Below, piece by piece: positions 27,380 to 36,723 of a stretch of 64,000 nt of DNA (positions within the stretch are counted from its first letter, which is position 1; every line of letters begins with the position of its first letter). Source of the stretch: a virus; IMG/VR virus record IMGVR_UViG_3300045988_182866. One strand, given 5' to 3'. Made by a program: the position numbers and the translations under genes. The notes under the pieces were generated by a model. That model worked only from the letters and a program-made list of their open reading frames with translations, did not search any database and was not told the origin of the DNA.

Positions 27380-28522
27380 ATGAGTAATCAAGATGTCTGT
27401 GAAATTAAGCCCGTAAAGGCATTTTTATCTACAAATCTGAATAATAAAACCAAAACATTTAAAGATTTGGCTGATCGAATTATGCGGAGTCTTGGTTATC
27501 CTATTGTCAGCGTAGAGCTGCACCGCGATATGGTTTTTGAATTTATTTCAATTGCTATTGAATTCTTTTCCAAATATGTCCAGGACCGGGAAATTCTTTT
27601 ATTTGATTCTAGAATTTACGAAAAAGGAAAAGGAATTAATATCGGCAAACTTTGTACAATCGCTTCCAAAGCAGCAGCTCAAGAAGGACATGTAAGGCCT
27701 GAAAATCTTTTTAATAAGACATATGATAAAACTATTGAACGGTTAGAACGTGTTTATATTGCCCTGCGGGATATACCGGCTGAAGAGCTACCTTCAACAT
27801 GGGACAGGCCTGTTAAGAATTGCGAAGTGATTACTGCTGAGCAATATGATGAAATTACTACATATAATTCTTCATTATGTGGATTCTTCAAGATTAGTAA
27901 AAAACAAGATTTTACCATTGAAGGAGAAAAAGTAGATAATGTCCCAACTGAATTTGCCAATGCCTTTGACTATGACTTGATGGATTACAGGCGGTGTGCT
28001 CAAGTAATCAGTTATGATGAAAGTTCTAATAGAAGTCCTTATTCATTATTTTCTATTCAAAGTGTTCTTTCAGCGCAAGCTTTTTATAGTTACCAGTTTT
28101 CAAACCGTGGATTCGACCTTCTTAGTTTTCACTGTCTTCAAGAATTTTTGAAAACGCGCCGAAGAGTTCTCGCTTTAGATCGTTCTTTTTACTTTAATCC
28201 TGAAACGCAGTATTTTACAATTCTTCCTGAACCTCGATATACCGATTCATTTTATGCGGTTCTTCAAGTTTATCTGGAAAAACCGCTTAGAGAGATCTTG
28301 CGTGAAATGTGGGTATACAAATATTCTCTTGCTCAAGCTAAAGTAGCATTGGGATCAATTAGAGGAAAATTTGGTTCTGTTGCTCTTACTGGAGGAGGTC
28401 AATTAACAGATGGTCTTGGATTACGGGCAGAAGGCCAAAGAGAAATTGAAGAACTTGAAAAAGAACTTATTGACCGAAATGCTTTTGGAGTAAAAGAAAA
28501 TCCGTTGTTCTTTGTTGGATAA
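27380..28522 (+). CDS. Hypothetical protein (380 aa), possibly a virion/neck component
   Basis: ORF track. Divergently arranged relative to the LRR operon. Confidence 0.4.
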   Translation: MSNQDVCEIKPVKAFLSTNLNNKTKTFKDLADRIMRSLGYPIVSVELHRDMVFEFISIAIEFFSKYVQDREILLFDSRIYEKGKGINIGKLCTIASKAAAQEGHVRPENLFNKTYDKTIERLERVYIALRDIPAEELPSTWDRPVKNCEVITAEQYDEITTYNSSLCGFFKISKKQDFTIEGEKVDNVPTEFANAFDYDLMDYRRCAQVISYDESSNRSPYSLFSIQSVLSAQAFYSYQFSNRGFDLLSFHCLQEFLKTRRRVLALDRSFYFNPETQYFTILPEPRYTDSFYAVLQVYLEKPLREILREMWVYKYSLAQAKVALGSIRGKFGSVALTGGGQLTDGLGLRAEGQREIEELEKELIDRNAFGVKENPLFFVG

Positions 28523-28587
28523 AGACATTTATTTTCGTTAAATTCATTCAATTAATACCTTAAAGAATTCAGATATATTTTATTCTT

Positions 28588-29517
28588 TTGTCTATGATAA
28601 AAAGACAAAGAAGATTTTTAAACACTGAAATTTTTATAGAATTAGCAAAACAAATTCATGGAAGCAAATATGATTATTCAAAAGTCAGCTATAAAAATGC
28701 TAATACAAATGTTTTAATAATTTGTCCTATTCATGGTTTGTTCAGTCAAAATCCAAGATCTCACCTAAAAGGGTTTGGATGTGCAAAATGTTCAAATCGA
28801 ACAGCTAAGACTACTGAAGATTTTATCAAAGAATCAAAGCAGGTTCATGGAGACAAATATGATTATTCAGAAACAGTTTACGTCAATAATCACACAAATG
28901 TAAAAATCTTTTGCAAAAAAGATAAAATATTCTTTATACAAAATCCTAGAGTTCATCTTCAAGGAACGGGATGTCCCAAGTGTGCAAGAAATCAAAAGTT
29001 GACAACTAAGGGATTTATAGAAAGAGCTATAGCTATTCATGGTAACAAATATGATTATTCTTCAGTAGTTTATCAATCACATGCCAAAAAGATTATTATA
29101 ATTTGTCCTATCCATGGGCCTTTCGAGCAAAGAGCAAATGGTCATTTGAACGGCAAAGGCTGTTATAAATGTGCAAAGAGTTATAAGCGTTCAAGGGGAG
29201 AGATTGAACTTTGTAAATTTATTAAATCAATTTATTCCGGTCAAGTTTTGGAGAATGACAGAACAGTTATTAAGCCAAAAGAACTAGACATTTATCTTCC
29301 TGAATTAAAGTTGGCTCTTGAATATAATGGCGAATATTGGCATGATGAAACTAAGAAACGAAAACCGGGTTATCATAAAGAAAAGCAAAAAGCTTGTGAA
29401 AAGAAAGGCATTAAATTAATTGAGGTTTGGGATTCAGAATGGCATGCAGATAAAGATAGATTTAAAAATCTTATTCAAGAAGTAATAAATTCTATTCAAT
29501 CACCTTTAAAAATTTAG
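28588..29517 (+). CDS. Homing-endonuclease-like protein: three Zn-ribbon repeats + DUF559/Vsr-like nuclease domain (intact copy)
   Basis: Three units of ...HG.KYDYS.V.Y.....V.I.CP.HG.F.Q....HL.G.GC.KC, then ELDIYLPELKLALEYNGEYWH...GIKLIEVWDSEW (DUF559 pattern). Confidence 0.7.
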   Translation: MSMIKRQRRFLNTEIFIELAKQIHGSKYDYSKVSYKNANTNVLIICPIHGLFSQNPRSHLKGFGCAKCSNRTAKTTEDFIKESKQVHGDKYDYSETVYVNNHTNVKIFCKKDKIFFIQNPRVHLQGTGCPKCARNQKLTTKGFIERAIAIHGNKYDYSSVVYQSHAKKIIIICPIHGPFEQRANGHLNGKGCYKCAKSYKRSRGEIELCKFIKSIYSGQVLENDRTVIKPKELDIYLPELKLALEYNGEYWHDETKKRKPGYHKEKQKACEKKGIKLIEVWDSEWHADKDRFKNLIQEVINSIQSPLKI

Positions 29518-29540
29518 ATTTTTTATAAAATATAAAATGT

Positions 29541-29620
29541 AATTACGTTGCCGTAATTCATTTTATTATTTGTGGTTAAAAATCCGAAGAACTTTAATTA
29601 GTTCTTCGGATTTTTTGTTT
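29541..29620 (+). terminator. Tandem rho-independent terminators
   Basis: AATTACG-ttgc-CGTAATT followed by cattttatt. Then TCCGAAGAAC-tttaatta-GTTCTTCGGA followed by TTTTTTG. Confidence 0.65.
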
Positions 29621-29668
29621 TTACATTAATCACCTTCGATTTTAAAGAAAAGAGTATAATAGTAATAA

Positions 29669-30205
29669 ATGGGATTGTTTAAATCAAATATTCAAAAAAC
29701 AATAAAGAAATTAAAAGAGGATCAATTAAACAAAATTGAACCCCTGAAATTATCTTTTAATGTTCTTATTCAGCGGTTGAATAACGAACGAAGAAAATTA
29801 AAAGATTTAGAAGAGCTTATTAAACTTCAAGAATCTTCTAAAGATATTGCTCAAAGGAGAGGAAAAGATATTTTAGTAGAAGAGTATGAAAAGCAAATTG
29901 AAAATACTCTTGAAAAATGTAATAAACAAGAAGCATTAATTGTTCAACTTCAACCTGTAATTAATAATTGTAAAAAAATTATTGAGGCCTTGGAAGAGAA
30001 CTTTCAAGCTAAGTTATTTGATTTAGAAGTCCTGGCTAATATGCAGTATGCTTCAGATTTAACAGATGGAATCTCCTCAATTGGAGGAAGTAAGCATTCA
30101 TCTAAAAATAATAAGATTTTAGTAAACAAAATTAAAAGAAAACTTGAGGCTGAATCTGAACGATTGATTGCCAAGTTTGATGTGGAACAAGATATAAACC
30201 TTTGA
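29669..30205 (+). CDS. Hypothetical coiled-coil protein
   Basis: ORF track. Heptad-like K/E/L-rich sequence. Confidence 0.4.
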   Translation: MGLFKSNIQKTIKKLKEDQLNKIEPLKLSFNVLIQRLNNERRKLKDLEELIKLQESSKDIAQRRGKDILVEEYEKQIENTLEKCNKQEALIVQLQPVINNCKKIIEALEENFQAKLFDLEVLANMQYASDLTDGISSIGGSKHSSKNNKILVNKIKRKLEAESERLIAKFDVEQDINL

Positions 30206-30206
30206 T

Positions 30207-30995
30207 ATGAGAATTGCTTTTTTAGCCAGTTTAGCTATTTTTATAGTTTTGTATATCTATATTGTTTATATTCATGAAAACCTTAAAGATAAAAAAGAAA
30301 ATAAAGAATTCCTTAAGAAAAGAAATAAACTTTCTTACTGGATTAGAAATTGCCCAACATTTCTAAATCCTGAAAACTTTTTAGGAATGTTTAATAATAT
30401 TGATACTAATACCCTTAATCTTCAATATTTTCCTGAAGCAATTGGCCGATATAATTTTATTGACGAATATAAATTTACATTCAAGGAAATGAAAAATCTT
30501 ATCAATGATTTTATTCCTTGTTTAATTTATGAAAATATTAAAGGAGATGAAATTATAGTCATTCCTAATACTGACCCTAATGCTAATCCGGTTATTTTAT
30601 TTGATATTGTTCCCCGGACAAAATTTGAAGATTTAAACGATATTGGGTTTCTTCCTGAAACTTTTAGCAACTCTAAAACTTATACTATTAAAACTGACCA
30701 TGAAATAGACGCTATGGATTTTAGAGTTTTTGCAGAAAAGAGTTTTCAAACTTATAAAATAGGAGCTGCTTCTATCTTGGTTGATAGAGATAAACTTCAA
30801 GAAAAAGGTTTTAATGGTTATGGTGTAATTATTCTTTATCTTTCTGATAAAATGGCAAAAGAATGTATTGATAATGCTGAAAGGAATTGTTTAGGTTCTT
30901 GTATAGATAGACTTTACCGGGAAGGACGATTTAAGGGAATTGTAGCAACTTATGCAACATTTAATCCTAAAGAATATCACATAAATGAATATTGA
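30207..30995 (+). CDS. Hypothetical protein with an N-terminal transmembrane segment
   Basis: MRIAFLASLAIFIVLYIYIVYI hydrophobic stretch. Confidence 0.4.
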   Translation: MRIAFLASLAIFIVLYIYIVYIHENLKDKKENKEFLKKRNKLSYWIRNCPTFLNPENFLGMFNNIDTNTLNLQYFPEAIGRYNFIDEYKFTFKEMKNLINDFIPCLIYENIKGDEIIVIPNTDPNANPVILFDIVPRTKFEDLNDIGFLPETFSNSKTYTIKTDHEIDAMDFRVFAEKSFQTYKIGAASILVDRDKLQEKGFNGYGVIILYLSDKMAKECIDNAERNCLGSCIDRLYREGRFKGIVATYATFNPKEYHINEY

Positions 30996-31707
30996 ACACA
31001 CAATAAATGGTAATGTTTATCTTTGTGGAGATCTTCATAAAGATATAAATGGCATTTTTCAAAAAATTAAAGAACTTAATATTAGAGATTCCTATATTAT
31101 TATTCTAGGTGATTGCGAAATAGGATTTTATAAAGAAAAGCCGGCTAAATTTTATAATTATTTCTCTAAACAGCTTAAATTAAGAAATAATACCGTTTAT
31201 CTTATCCGAGGAAATCACGATAATCCGGAATATTGGCTAAATCCTATAAGATCTGAGGTAGAGGAAAAATGGCCAAATATTATTCATCTTAGAGATAATA
31301 GCCTTGTTTCTATTAACGATAAAATTTATTTTATTTGGGGCGGCGCCGTATCAATTGACCGGGCTATTTTGAAAGAAGGTAGTACTTGGTTTAGATCAGA
31401 AAGAACAACGCTTAATATTGCAAAACTTTTATTGTTTAAGGATATTAAAATTTTTGGAGTATTGGCACATACTGGTCCACGTCCAGATACTTTAGATGAT
31501 AAACAATTTAAAAGACGTTGTAAATTTGACAAAAGGTTAATTGATGATATTATGGAAGAACAATCAAATATTTGTCAAATTATTAATATGTTAAATCCCG
31601 AAGTCTGGTTTAACGGACATTATCATACTTCTTTTGAGAAGACCACAACCAATGGGACTAAAGTAACATGTCTTGATATTTTGGAAATAAGAAAACTTAT
31701 TGCTTAA
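30985..31707 (+). CDS. Calcineurin-like metallophosphoesterase (Ser/Thr phosphatase or nucleotide phosphoesterase-like)
   Basis: GDLH, GD..., LIRGNHD motifs. Confidence 0.6.
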   Translation: MNIEHTINGNVYLCGDLHKDINGIFQKIKELNIRDSYIIILGDCEIGFYKEKPAKFYNYFSKQLKLRNNTVYLIRGNHDNPEYWLNPIRSEVEEKWPNIIHLRDNSLVSINDKIYFIWGGAVSIDRAILKEGSTWFRSERTTLNIAKLLLFKDIKIFGVLAHTGPRPDTLDDKQFKRRCKFDKRLIDDIMEEQSNICQIINMLNPEVWFNGHYHTSFEKTTTNGTKVTCLDILEIRKLIA

Positions 31708-31727
31708 TTGTCATTAACTAATGACAT

Positions 31728-32507
31728 ATGACGGATTCAGCTGAACCAATTTATCCTGACATTAGACTTTTATATTATTTGTTTGATCCTGAGACAAAAG
31801 AATATCTTTGCTTATATTCTCCTGTCCCTAATCCTTATTATAGTCCTAAGAAAAACCCGGAATCTAAACCTTATATGCCGTTGCCTTCCAATGTAACGGA
31901 TAAAGAACCATTGGAAACTGCTGAAAATCAAGTTACAGTCTTTGACAAGAAGACTCAAAAATGGAGTATTAAGGTTGATTTCAGGAATAAAAAATATTGG
32001 GATAAGCAAAGTAAAAAGCTTAATATCATTACCGAAATCGGTAAAAATCCAGCCAAAACTTGGACGGATATTGAACCCGATGATGACCGAAAAGTTTGGG
32101 ATGAAGAATCTAATTCTTGGATTTTTCCGATTGAAGTTCTTTATGAGCTAAAAATTAAAGAAGTTCGAGAGGCTGCCGATAATGCTGCAAATCTCCTTAA
32201 ATTAAATTATTCTCAAGCAGAATTTGATACTTGGGAGAAACAAGAAAAAGGAGCCCGGGCTCTTCAAGCAGATCCAGATTCAACAATCCCAGAAGCTGAT
32301 TTTGTTCGAACATTAGCGGCAACTCGAGGTTTAACTCTTGATGAAATGATTACTAAAATTTTAAATGCTGCTGCTCGAGCATTACTTCCAGGGGCTCAAA
32401 TCATTGGTATTCAACAACGATTAGAGGATGAAGCAAAAGTTGCTTTAGAGAATAATGATCAAAAGATATTAGAAAATATTAAATTTCCAGATATTAACAG
32501 TCTTTGA
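31728..32507 (+). CDS. Hypothetical protein
   Basis: ORF track. Confidence 0.4.
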   Translation: MTDSAEPIYPDIRLLYYLFDPETKEYLCLYSPVPNPYYSPKKNPESKPYMPLPSNVTDKEPLETAENQVTVFDKKTQKWSIKVDFRNKKYWDKQSKKLNIITEIGKNPAKTWTDIEPDDDRKVWDEESNSWIFPIEVLYELKIKEVREAADNAANLLKLNYSQAEFDTWEKQEKGARALQADPDSTIPEADFVRTLAATRGLTLDEMITKILNAAARALLPGAQIIGIQQRLEDEAKVALENNDQKILENIKFPDINSL

Positions 32508-32510
32508 ATG

Positions 32511-32548
32511 AAATCCCATGGAGATCAATTCTCCATGGGATTTTTTAT
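32511..32548 (+). terminator. Rho-independent terminator
   Basis: ATCCCATGGAGA-tcaat-TCTCCATGGGAT followed by TTTTTTATTT. Confidence 0.75.
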
Positions 32549-32565
32549 TTTAAATAAAAGTCATA

Positions 32566-33411
32566 ATGACTGTCTTAGAATTTGACAAATTTAAAAAGCT
32601 GATTACTCCCTGGCCTATTGCCTATTATGGAGAAACTCAAGATCTTTCTTTAGAGTTTGATCTTCCTACTTGTGCTTGTTTTGAATCAGTTAATAATATT
32701 ACTTTGAATTTTTATAAGAAAGGCCAAGTTGGAGTTGAAGATAGTCTTTTAGTTACTTCTGGTGATTTTACATTATTTGACCAAACTACTTGGACTGGAC
32801 AAGTCTCTTTTACTGGAGAAGCTTTACTTGAATATATTCAATCGGTGGCTGAAGGGACTGCAGTTATGGATGGAGAATTTATCTTTCAGGTTGCCGGTAA
32901 TAAAACAATTAAATCTCAAGTTTTTTATGTAAAGATTTATGACTGCAAGCCTCCTCTTCCTCCGGAGCCAGAATATCCTAACAAGGATGAAATGGATAAA
33001 GCTATTGCAGATGCTATTGAAAAGCATAATACTGATTTAAATGCTCATAAAGATTTATTAATTTCTCGAGTAAATGAAATTGATGTTCTTAATACAACTT
33101 CTTTAGAAAATCATTATGTTTATGATGAGATTAATAAAAAATGGATTTTTGATACTACTTTAAACGGTAATGTAATTTATATTAATTCTGTAGATTCAAC
33201 TATCGAATCTTTAATTTTAGATTTCACTAATAATCGAATTGGCGATTTAATTAGAATAGTAATCTATAAACCGCTTAATTGTTCTATTTCTTTTATTGCT
33301 AAAGACGGTTCTACAGTTTCTTTGGTTGAAGCAGAAAAACCATTAGATTGGTATATTTTAGAATTCGTACCAATTCGAGATATGGATCAAATTAAAGTTA
33401 TTAATAAATGA
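32566..33411 (+). CDS. Hypothetical protein
   Basis: ORF track. Confidence 0.4.
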   Translation: MTVLEFDKFKKLITPWPIAYYGETQDLSLEFDLPTCACFESVNNITLNFYKKGQVGVEDSLLVTSGDFTLFDQTTWTGQVSFTGEALLEYIQSVAEGTAVMDGEFIFQVAGNKTIKSQVFYVKIYDCKPPLPPEPEYPNKDEMDKAIADAIEKHNTDLNAHKDLLISRVNEIDVLNTTSLENHYVYDEINKKWIFDTTLNGNVIYINSVDSTIESLILDFTNNRIGDLIRIVIYKPLNCSISFIAKDGSTVSLVEAEKPLDWYILEFVPIRDMDQIKVINK

Positions 33412-33432
33412 TTTTTTCATAATATAAACTTA

Positions 33433-33466
33433 AAACCCGGATAAGTTTTTCTTATCCGGGTTTTTA
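33433..33466 (+). terminator. Rho-independent terminator
   Basis: ACCCGGATAAG-ttttt-CTTATCCGGGT followed by TTTT. Confidence 0.75.
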
Positions 33467-33475
33467 TGTTATAAT

Positions 33476-34711
33476 ATGTTTATAATGTGTTTGTCAAAGC
33501 AAGTCAGAATTGCAGTTGTAGGACCACCAGATTCTGGTAAATCAACTTTCATTTCCAAAGCAGTAAAAATATTAACAGGGAGAACAGTTAATCCTGATGC
33601 CTTAATGAAAGAAGTTCATTATTCCGATGGTAAAGACATTTATGGAAATGACGATACTAGAACTATTAAATGTGCAAAAATCTTTTGCAATTATTTCGGG
33701 CTTGAAATTTGTTTTTATGATTGTCCCGGACATAAAGAATATATTGACCAAATTAAACAGGGAATAAATGCTGCTTCATTTGTAATTTTCATTAGTGATT
33801 ATAATAGAAAAGAGGAAAGTGAAAGATATTTTGAATTTATTAAGGAACTTCTTCCGAAAAATAAAATATTATATAAAATAAATTCTCATTATCCAGTCGA
33901 TAATAAAAATACAAGTCCTAATTGTTATAATTTCGATACTGAATTAGGTGAGGATAATTTTCGATCTATAATTTTTGATTTAATAAAAGAAATAAGAGAT
34001 AATGAATCTATAGAGCTTATTGATGTAGAGGCAGAAGCTATTTCTTTATTAAAGGAAAATATTGATTCAACAAAGCATAATGCTATTTTCTTTTCTGGAG
34101 GTAAAGATTCTTTAGTCGGACTTCATCTTATTAAACAAGCAGGATTAATTGATAATTTTTCTGTTTATGTTCCCTGGTCAGGATTTGATTTTCCGGAAGT
34201 AAATCATATAATCAATATCTATGAGCTTCTCTTTAAGAAAAAGTTTTTTAAATTTGATAATTCTTTAGGTCTAGACTATCAAAGAAATACTTCTTATGAA
34301 TTAATGGAAGCCAAAGCTTTAGCTAATGAAAAACTTATTAAAGAAAAGAATATTGATTTAGTTTCTATTCAATTCAGAGCTTCTGACGAAGGAGTAAGAA
34401 GTAAAGACCATTATATTGTTCAAAAAGAAAATCATACTAGATTTTCTCCTGTTTTTAATTTTACCGAAGAAAATATTTGGCGATATATTCAAAAATATAC
34501 TCTTCCTGTTTGCGAACTCTATTTTAAAGGTTACCGTAGTTTAGGAGATTCTTTTGTTACCGAACCATGTATGCCTCATTTTAAAACAGTAGAAGAAATA
34601 ATCAAATATATATATGAACACCCTCATACTTCTGAGCGAGATGGAAGAAAAGCACAAGATAATTCGGTTCCTTTTGCTATGGAACATTTGAGGGATAAAG
34701 GATTTTTTTGA
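33476..34711 (+). CDS. cysD: Fusion protein: N-terminal translation-factor-type GTPase G-domain (CysN-like) + C-terminal sulfate adenylyltransferase small subunit (CysD, PAPS-reductase-fold PP-loop ATPase)
   Basis: G1 VGPPDSGKST and G3 DCPGH. PP-loop FFSGGKDSLVGLHL. NFTEENIWRYIQKYTLPVCELY and YRSLGDSF resemble CysD [22 protein letters not shown] / RTLGCWPLT. C-terminus TSERDGRKAQDNSVPFAMEHLRDKGFF resembles CysD [26 protein letters not shown]. Confidence 0.7.
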   Translation: MFIMCLSKQVRIAVVGPPDSGKSTFISKAVKILTGRTVNPDALMKEVHYSDGKDIYGNDDTRTIKCAKIFCNYFGLEICFYDCPGHKEYIDQIKQGINAASFVIFISDYNRKEESERYFEFIKELLPKNKILYKINSHYPVDNKNTSPNCYNFDTELGEDNFRSIIFDLIKEIRDNESIELIDVEAEAISLLKENIDSTKHNAIFFSGGKDSLVGLHLIKQAGLIDNFSVYVPWSGFDFPEVNHIINIYELLFKKKFFKFDNSLGLDYQRNTSYELMEAKALANEKLIKEKNIDLVSIQFRASDEGVRSKDHYIVQKENHTRFSPVFNFTEENIWRYIQKYTLPVCELYFKGYRSLGDSFVTEPCMPHFKTVEEIIKYIYEHPHTSERDGRKAQDNSVPFAMEHLRDKGFF

Positions 34712-35157
34712 TGGATGAAGAAAAATTTAGAAAAATAAATCAATTTAATAAATGCTTTAAAGCTGAAGATTCACCTTCTATCCTTTGTATTTGTGGAGAA
34801 AGCGGATCTGGAAAATCGACATTGGCTAAAAAGATTCTTGAATATCGGGAATCTAATGGAAATATTCATCCGACAGTTGTTCTTGATGGAGATGGAGTAC
34901 GACATTTTGTTACCCATGATTTAGGATATTCTGACGAAGATCGAATAAAAAATAATGAAATAATTGCAGGAATTGCTTTTTTATTAGTCGTCCAGGGTTT
35001 TAATGTAATTATTTCTACTGTTCGGGCCAATGTCGCCTATAACATTCTAAGTCAATATTGGAATCATAATATTCATTGTTTTGTTTGTGACAAATACACC
35101 AGAGATACAGAAGAATATAAAGAAGCATATAATAATTTTATTAAAAATGAAATCTGA
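34708..35157 (+). CDS. cysC: Adenylyl-sulfate (APS) kinase, CysC-like (short form)
   Basis: ICGESGSGKSTLA, VVLDGDGVRH, DLGYSDEDRIKNNEIIAGIAFLL match the APS kinase motifs GLSGSGKST / LDGDNVRHGLN.DLGFS.EDR.ENIRR. Its start overlaps the upstream stop (ATGA). Confidence 0.7.
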   Translation: MMDEEKFRKINQFNKCFKAEDSPSILCICGESGSGKSTLAKKILEYRESNGNIHPTVVLDGDGVRHFVTHDLGYSDEDRIKNNEIIAGIAFLLVVQGFNVIISTVRANVAYNILSQYWNHNIHCFVCDKYTRDTEEYKEAYNNFIKNEI

Positions 35158-35980
35158 ATTAGTTCAAGGACCAATTAAATTTCCTATTGACATTGACCTG
35201 GAGAAAATGATTATAACTTCTCCAAATATGAATTTAGAAATAAAAATTTATCATGAAGATGAACAAGGATTTTATGTAGATTATCAAAATCAAGTTTACC
35301 GTTTAGAATATAATCCAATTTCCAAAAATTATTGGTTTATGTATTTGAACAAAACACCATTTATTAGAGGATGCTGGTTTGTTCGAGCTAATATTTGTCA
35401 TAAATTAAAATTTATTTCTTTTATTATCAGCAAAAATGGTTGTTCTTCTATTTTAAAAACTTCAATGGTTCATGACGGAACATATGATACTATTCAGGAT
35501 CATTCTTTTATCTGGAATAATCCGCAATATTGTTTCGAAAAGAATGTTATTCAAAATATAGCAAAATGCCATGCTTATCCTGACTATATTAAGTTTGTAG
35601 TTTTAGAAGATCCATTTAAAAGATTTCTAAGATGGCTGAATTGGTCCTGGAAAAACAAATATAACAAATACTATAATTTTAATTTATCAAAAGAGGATTT
35701 TATTAAAGAACATCTTTGGTCTCTTCCTTATATTACAAGAGAATTAGTTTGCTGCGATGAACATGTAATTCAACAGGAAAAATATTTTGAACATATCAGA
35801 AAAGAAGGATTTGAACCATTAGTTGTTCAATTATCTGATTTACCGATTTTCTTTAAAAATCAATTTGGAGTTGAGTTAATTAAAAATAATGTTTCTTCTC
35901 CTTCTGAACGTATTTTTACAAAGGAAGATTTTACTGAAGATCAACTAAAGGAAATTTATAAGTTTTTGAATATCAAATGA
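35147..35980 (+). CDS. Putative PAPS-dependent sulfotransferase (carbohydrate-sulfotransferase-like). Start taken at MKSELVQ; the ORF track offers an upstream ATG at 35081.
   Basis: 5'-PSB-like FIISKNGCSSILK (K.G.[ST][ST]). 3'-PB-like FVVLEDPFKRFLRWL (R/E-DP..R..S/R). It is in an operon with the PAPS-forming enzymes. The assignment is motif-level only. Confidence 0.45.
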   Translation: MKSELVQGPIKFPIDIDLEKMIITSPNMNLEIKIYHEDEQGFYVDYQNQVYRLEYNPISKNYWFMYLNKTPFIRGCWFVRANICHKLKFISFIISKNGCSSILKTSMVHDGTYDTIQDHSFIWNNPQYCFEKNVIQNIAKCHAYPDYIKFVVLEDPFKRFLRWLNWSWKNKYNKYYNFNLSKEDFIKEHLWSLPYITRELVCCDEHVIQQEKYFEHIRKEGFEPLVVQLSDLPIFFKNQFGVELIKNNVSSPSERIFTKEDFTEDQLKEIYKFLNIK

Positions 35981-36723
35981 AAAAGTTTTTTGTAAACATT
36001 TTTACATATAAAGAAGATGAAGAGATTGTAAAATACAGTGCTCTTTCAGCCAAATATGTATTAGGCGATGATGTTGAAGTAAATGTTATTGATGATAATA
36101 AACATCCCATTTCAGAAGAAAAGATTAAAGAATTAAATGAACTTGGCATTTTTTATCGTCAATCCACTTTTGACAGAAAACATAATTTAAACGGTAAAGA
36201 ATGTGTCGTTGGTATTTTAGAAGAAATAAAAAAATCTACTAAAGGGAGGGCCGGAGTATCAATTAAGCTTGATTCAGATACAATGATTGCACATCGGGAG
36301 ATATTTGATAAGTTTTATGATACTGAAAGCTGTATGTTTGCTGCTTCTCATCGGCCAGGCAGTATTTTTTCTGGAATATGCTATCTTATTAAAAATGATA
36401 TTTTAGATAAGATGATTAAAATGGCTAATGACTGTGATATTCATGAAACGTCAGCCCCCGAAGATATGACCATTGGATGCTTGGCAACTATTTGTTCTAT
36501 GCCTAATAGCATTTATATTATGCCTGAATGGAATCCCAATAAAAAAGAGGATGATGGACTTTGTACTGCCTGGAATTATGATTGTGATTTAAAATATATT
36601 GAAAAATATTATAAACTTTTCTTTATTGTTACATTTGGAAACTGGTTTACGGTCAAAGGCAATACCAAAGCTTGCCGAAATAAACCTATGGAGCTCTTCC
36701 TTGATCAAATCTTAAATATTTGA
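35977..36723 (+). CDS. Putative GT-A fold glycosyltransferase
   Basis: N-terminal beta-strand FVNIFTYKEDEE, NVIDDNKHP (DD motif), KLDSDT (DxD-like). Its start overlaps the upstream stop. Confidence 0.45.
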   Translation: MKKFFVNIFTYKEDEEIVKYSALSAKYVLGDDVEVNVIDDNKHPISEEKIKELNELGIFYRQSTFDRKHNLNGKECVVGILEEIKKSTKGRAGVSIKLDSDTMIAHREIFDKFYDTESCMFAASHRPGSIFSGICYLIKNDILDKMIKMANDCDIHETSAPEDMTIGCLATICSMPNSIYIMPEWNPNKKEDDGLCTAWNYDCDLKYIEKYYKLFFIVTFGNWFTVKGNTKACRNKPMELFLDQILNI

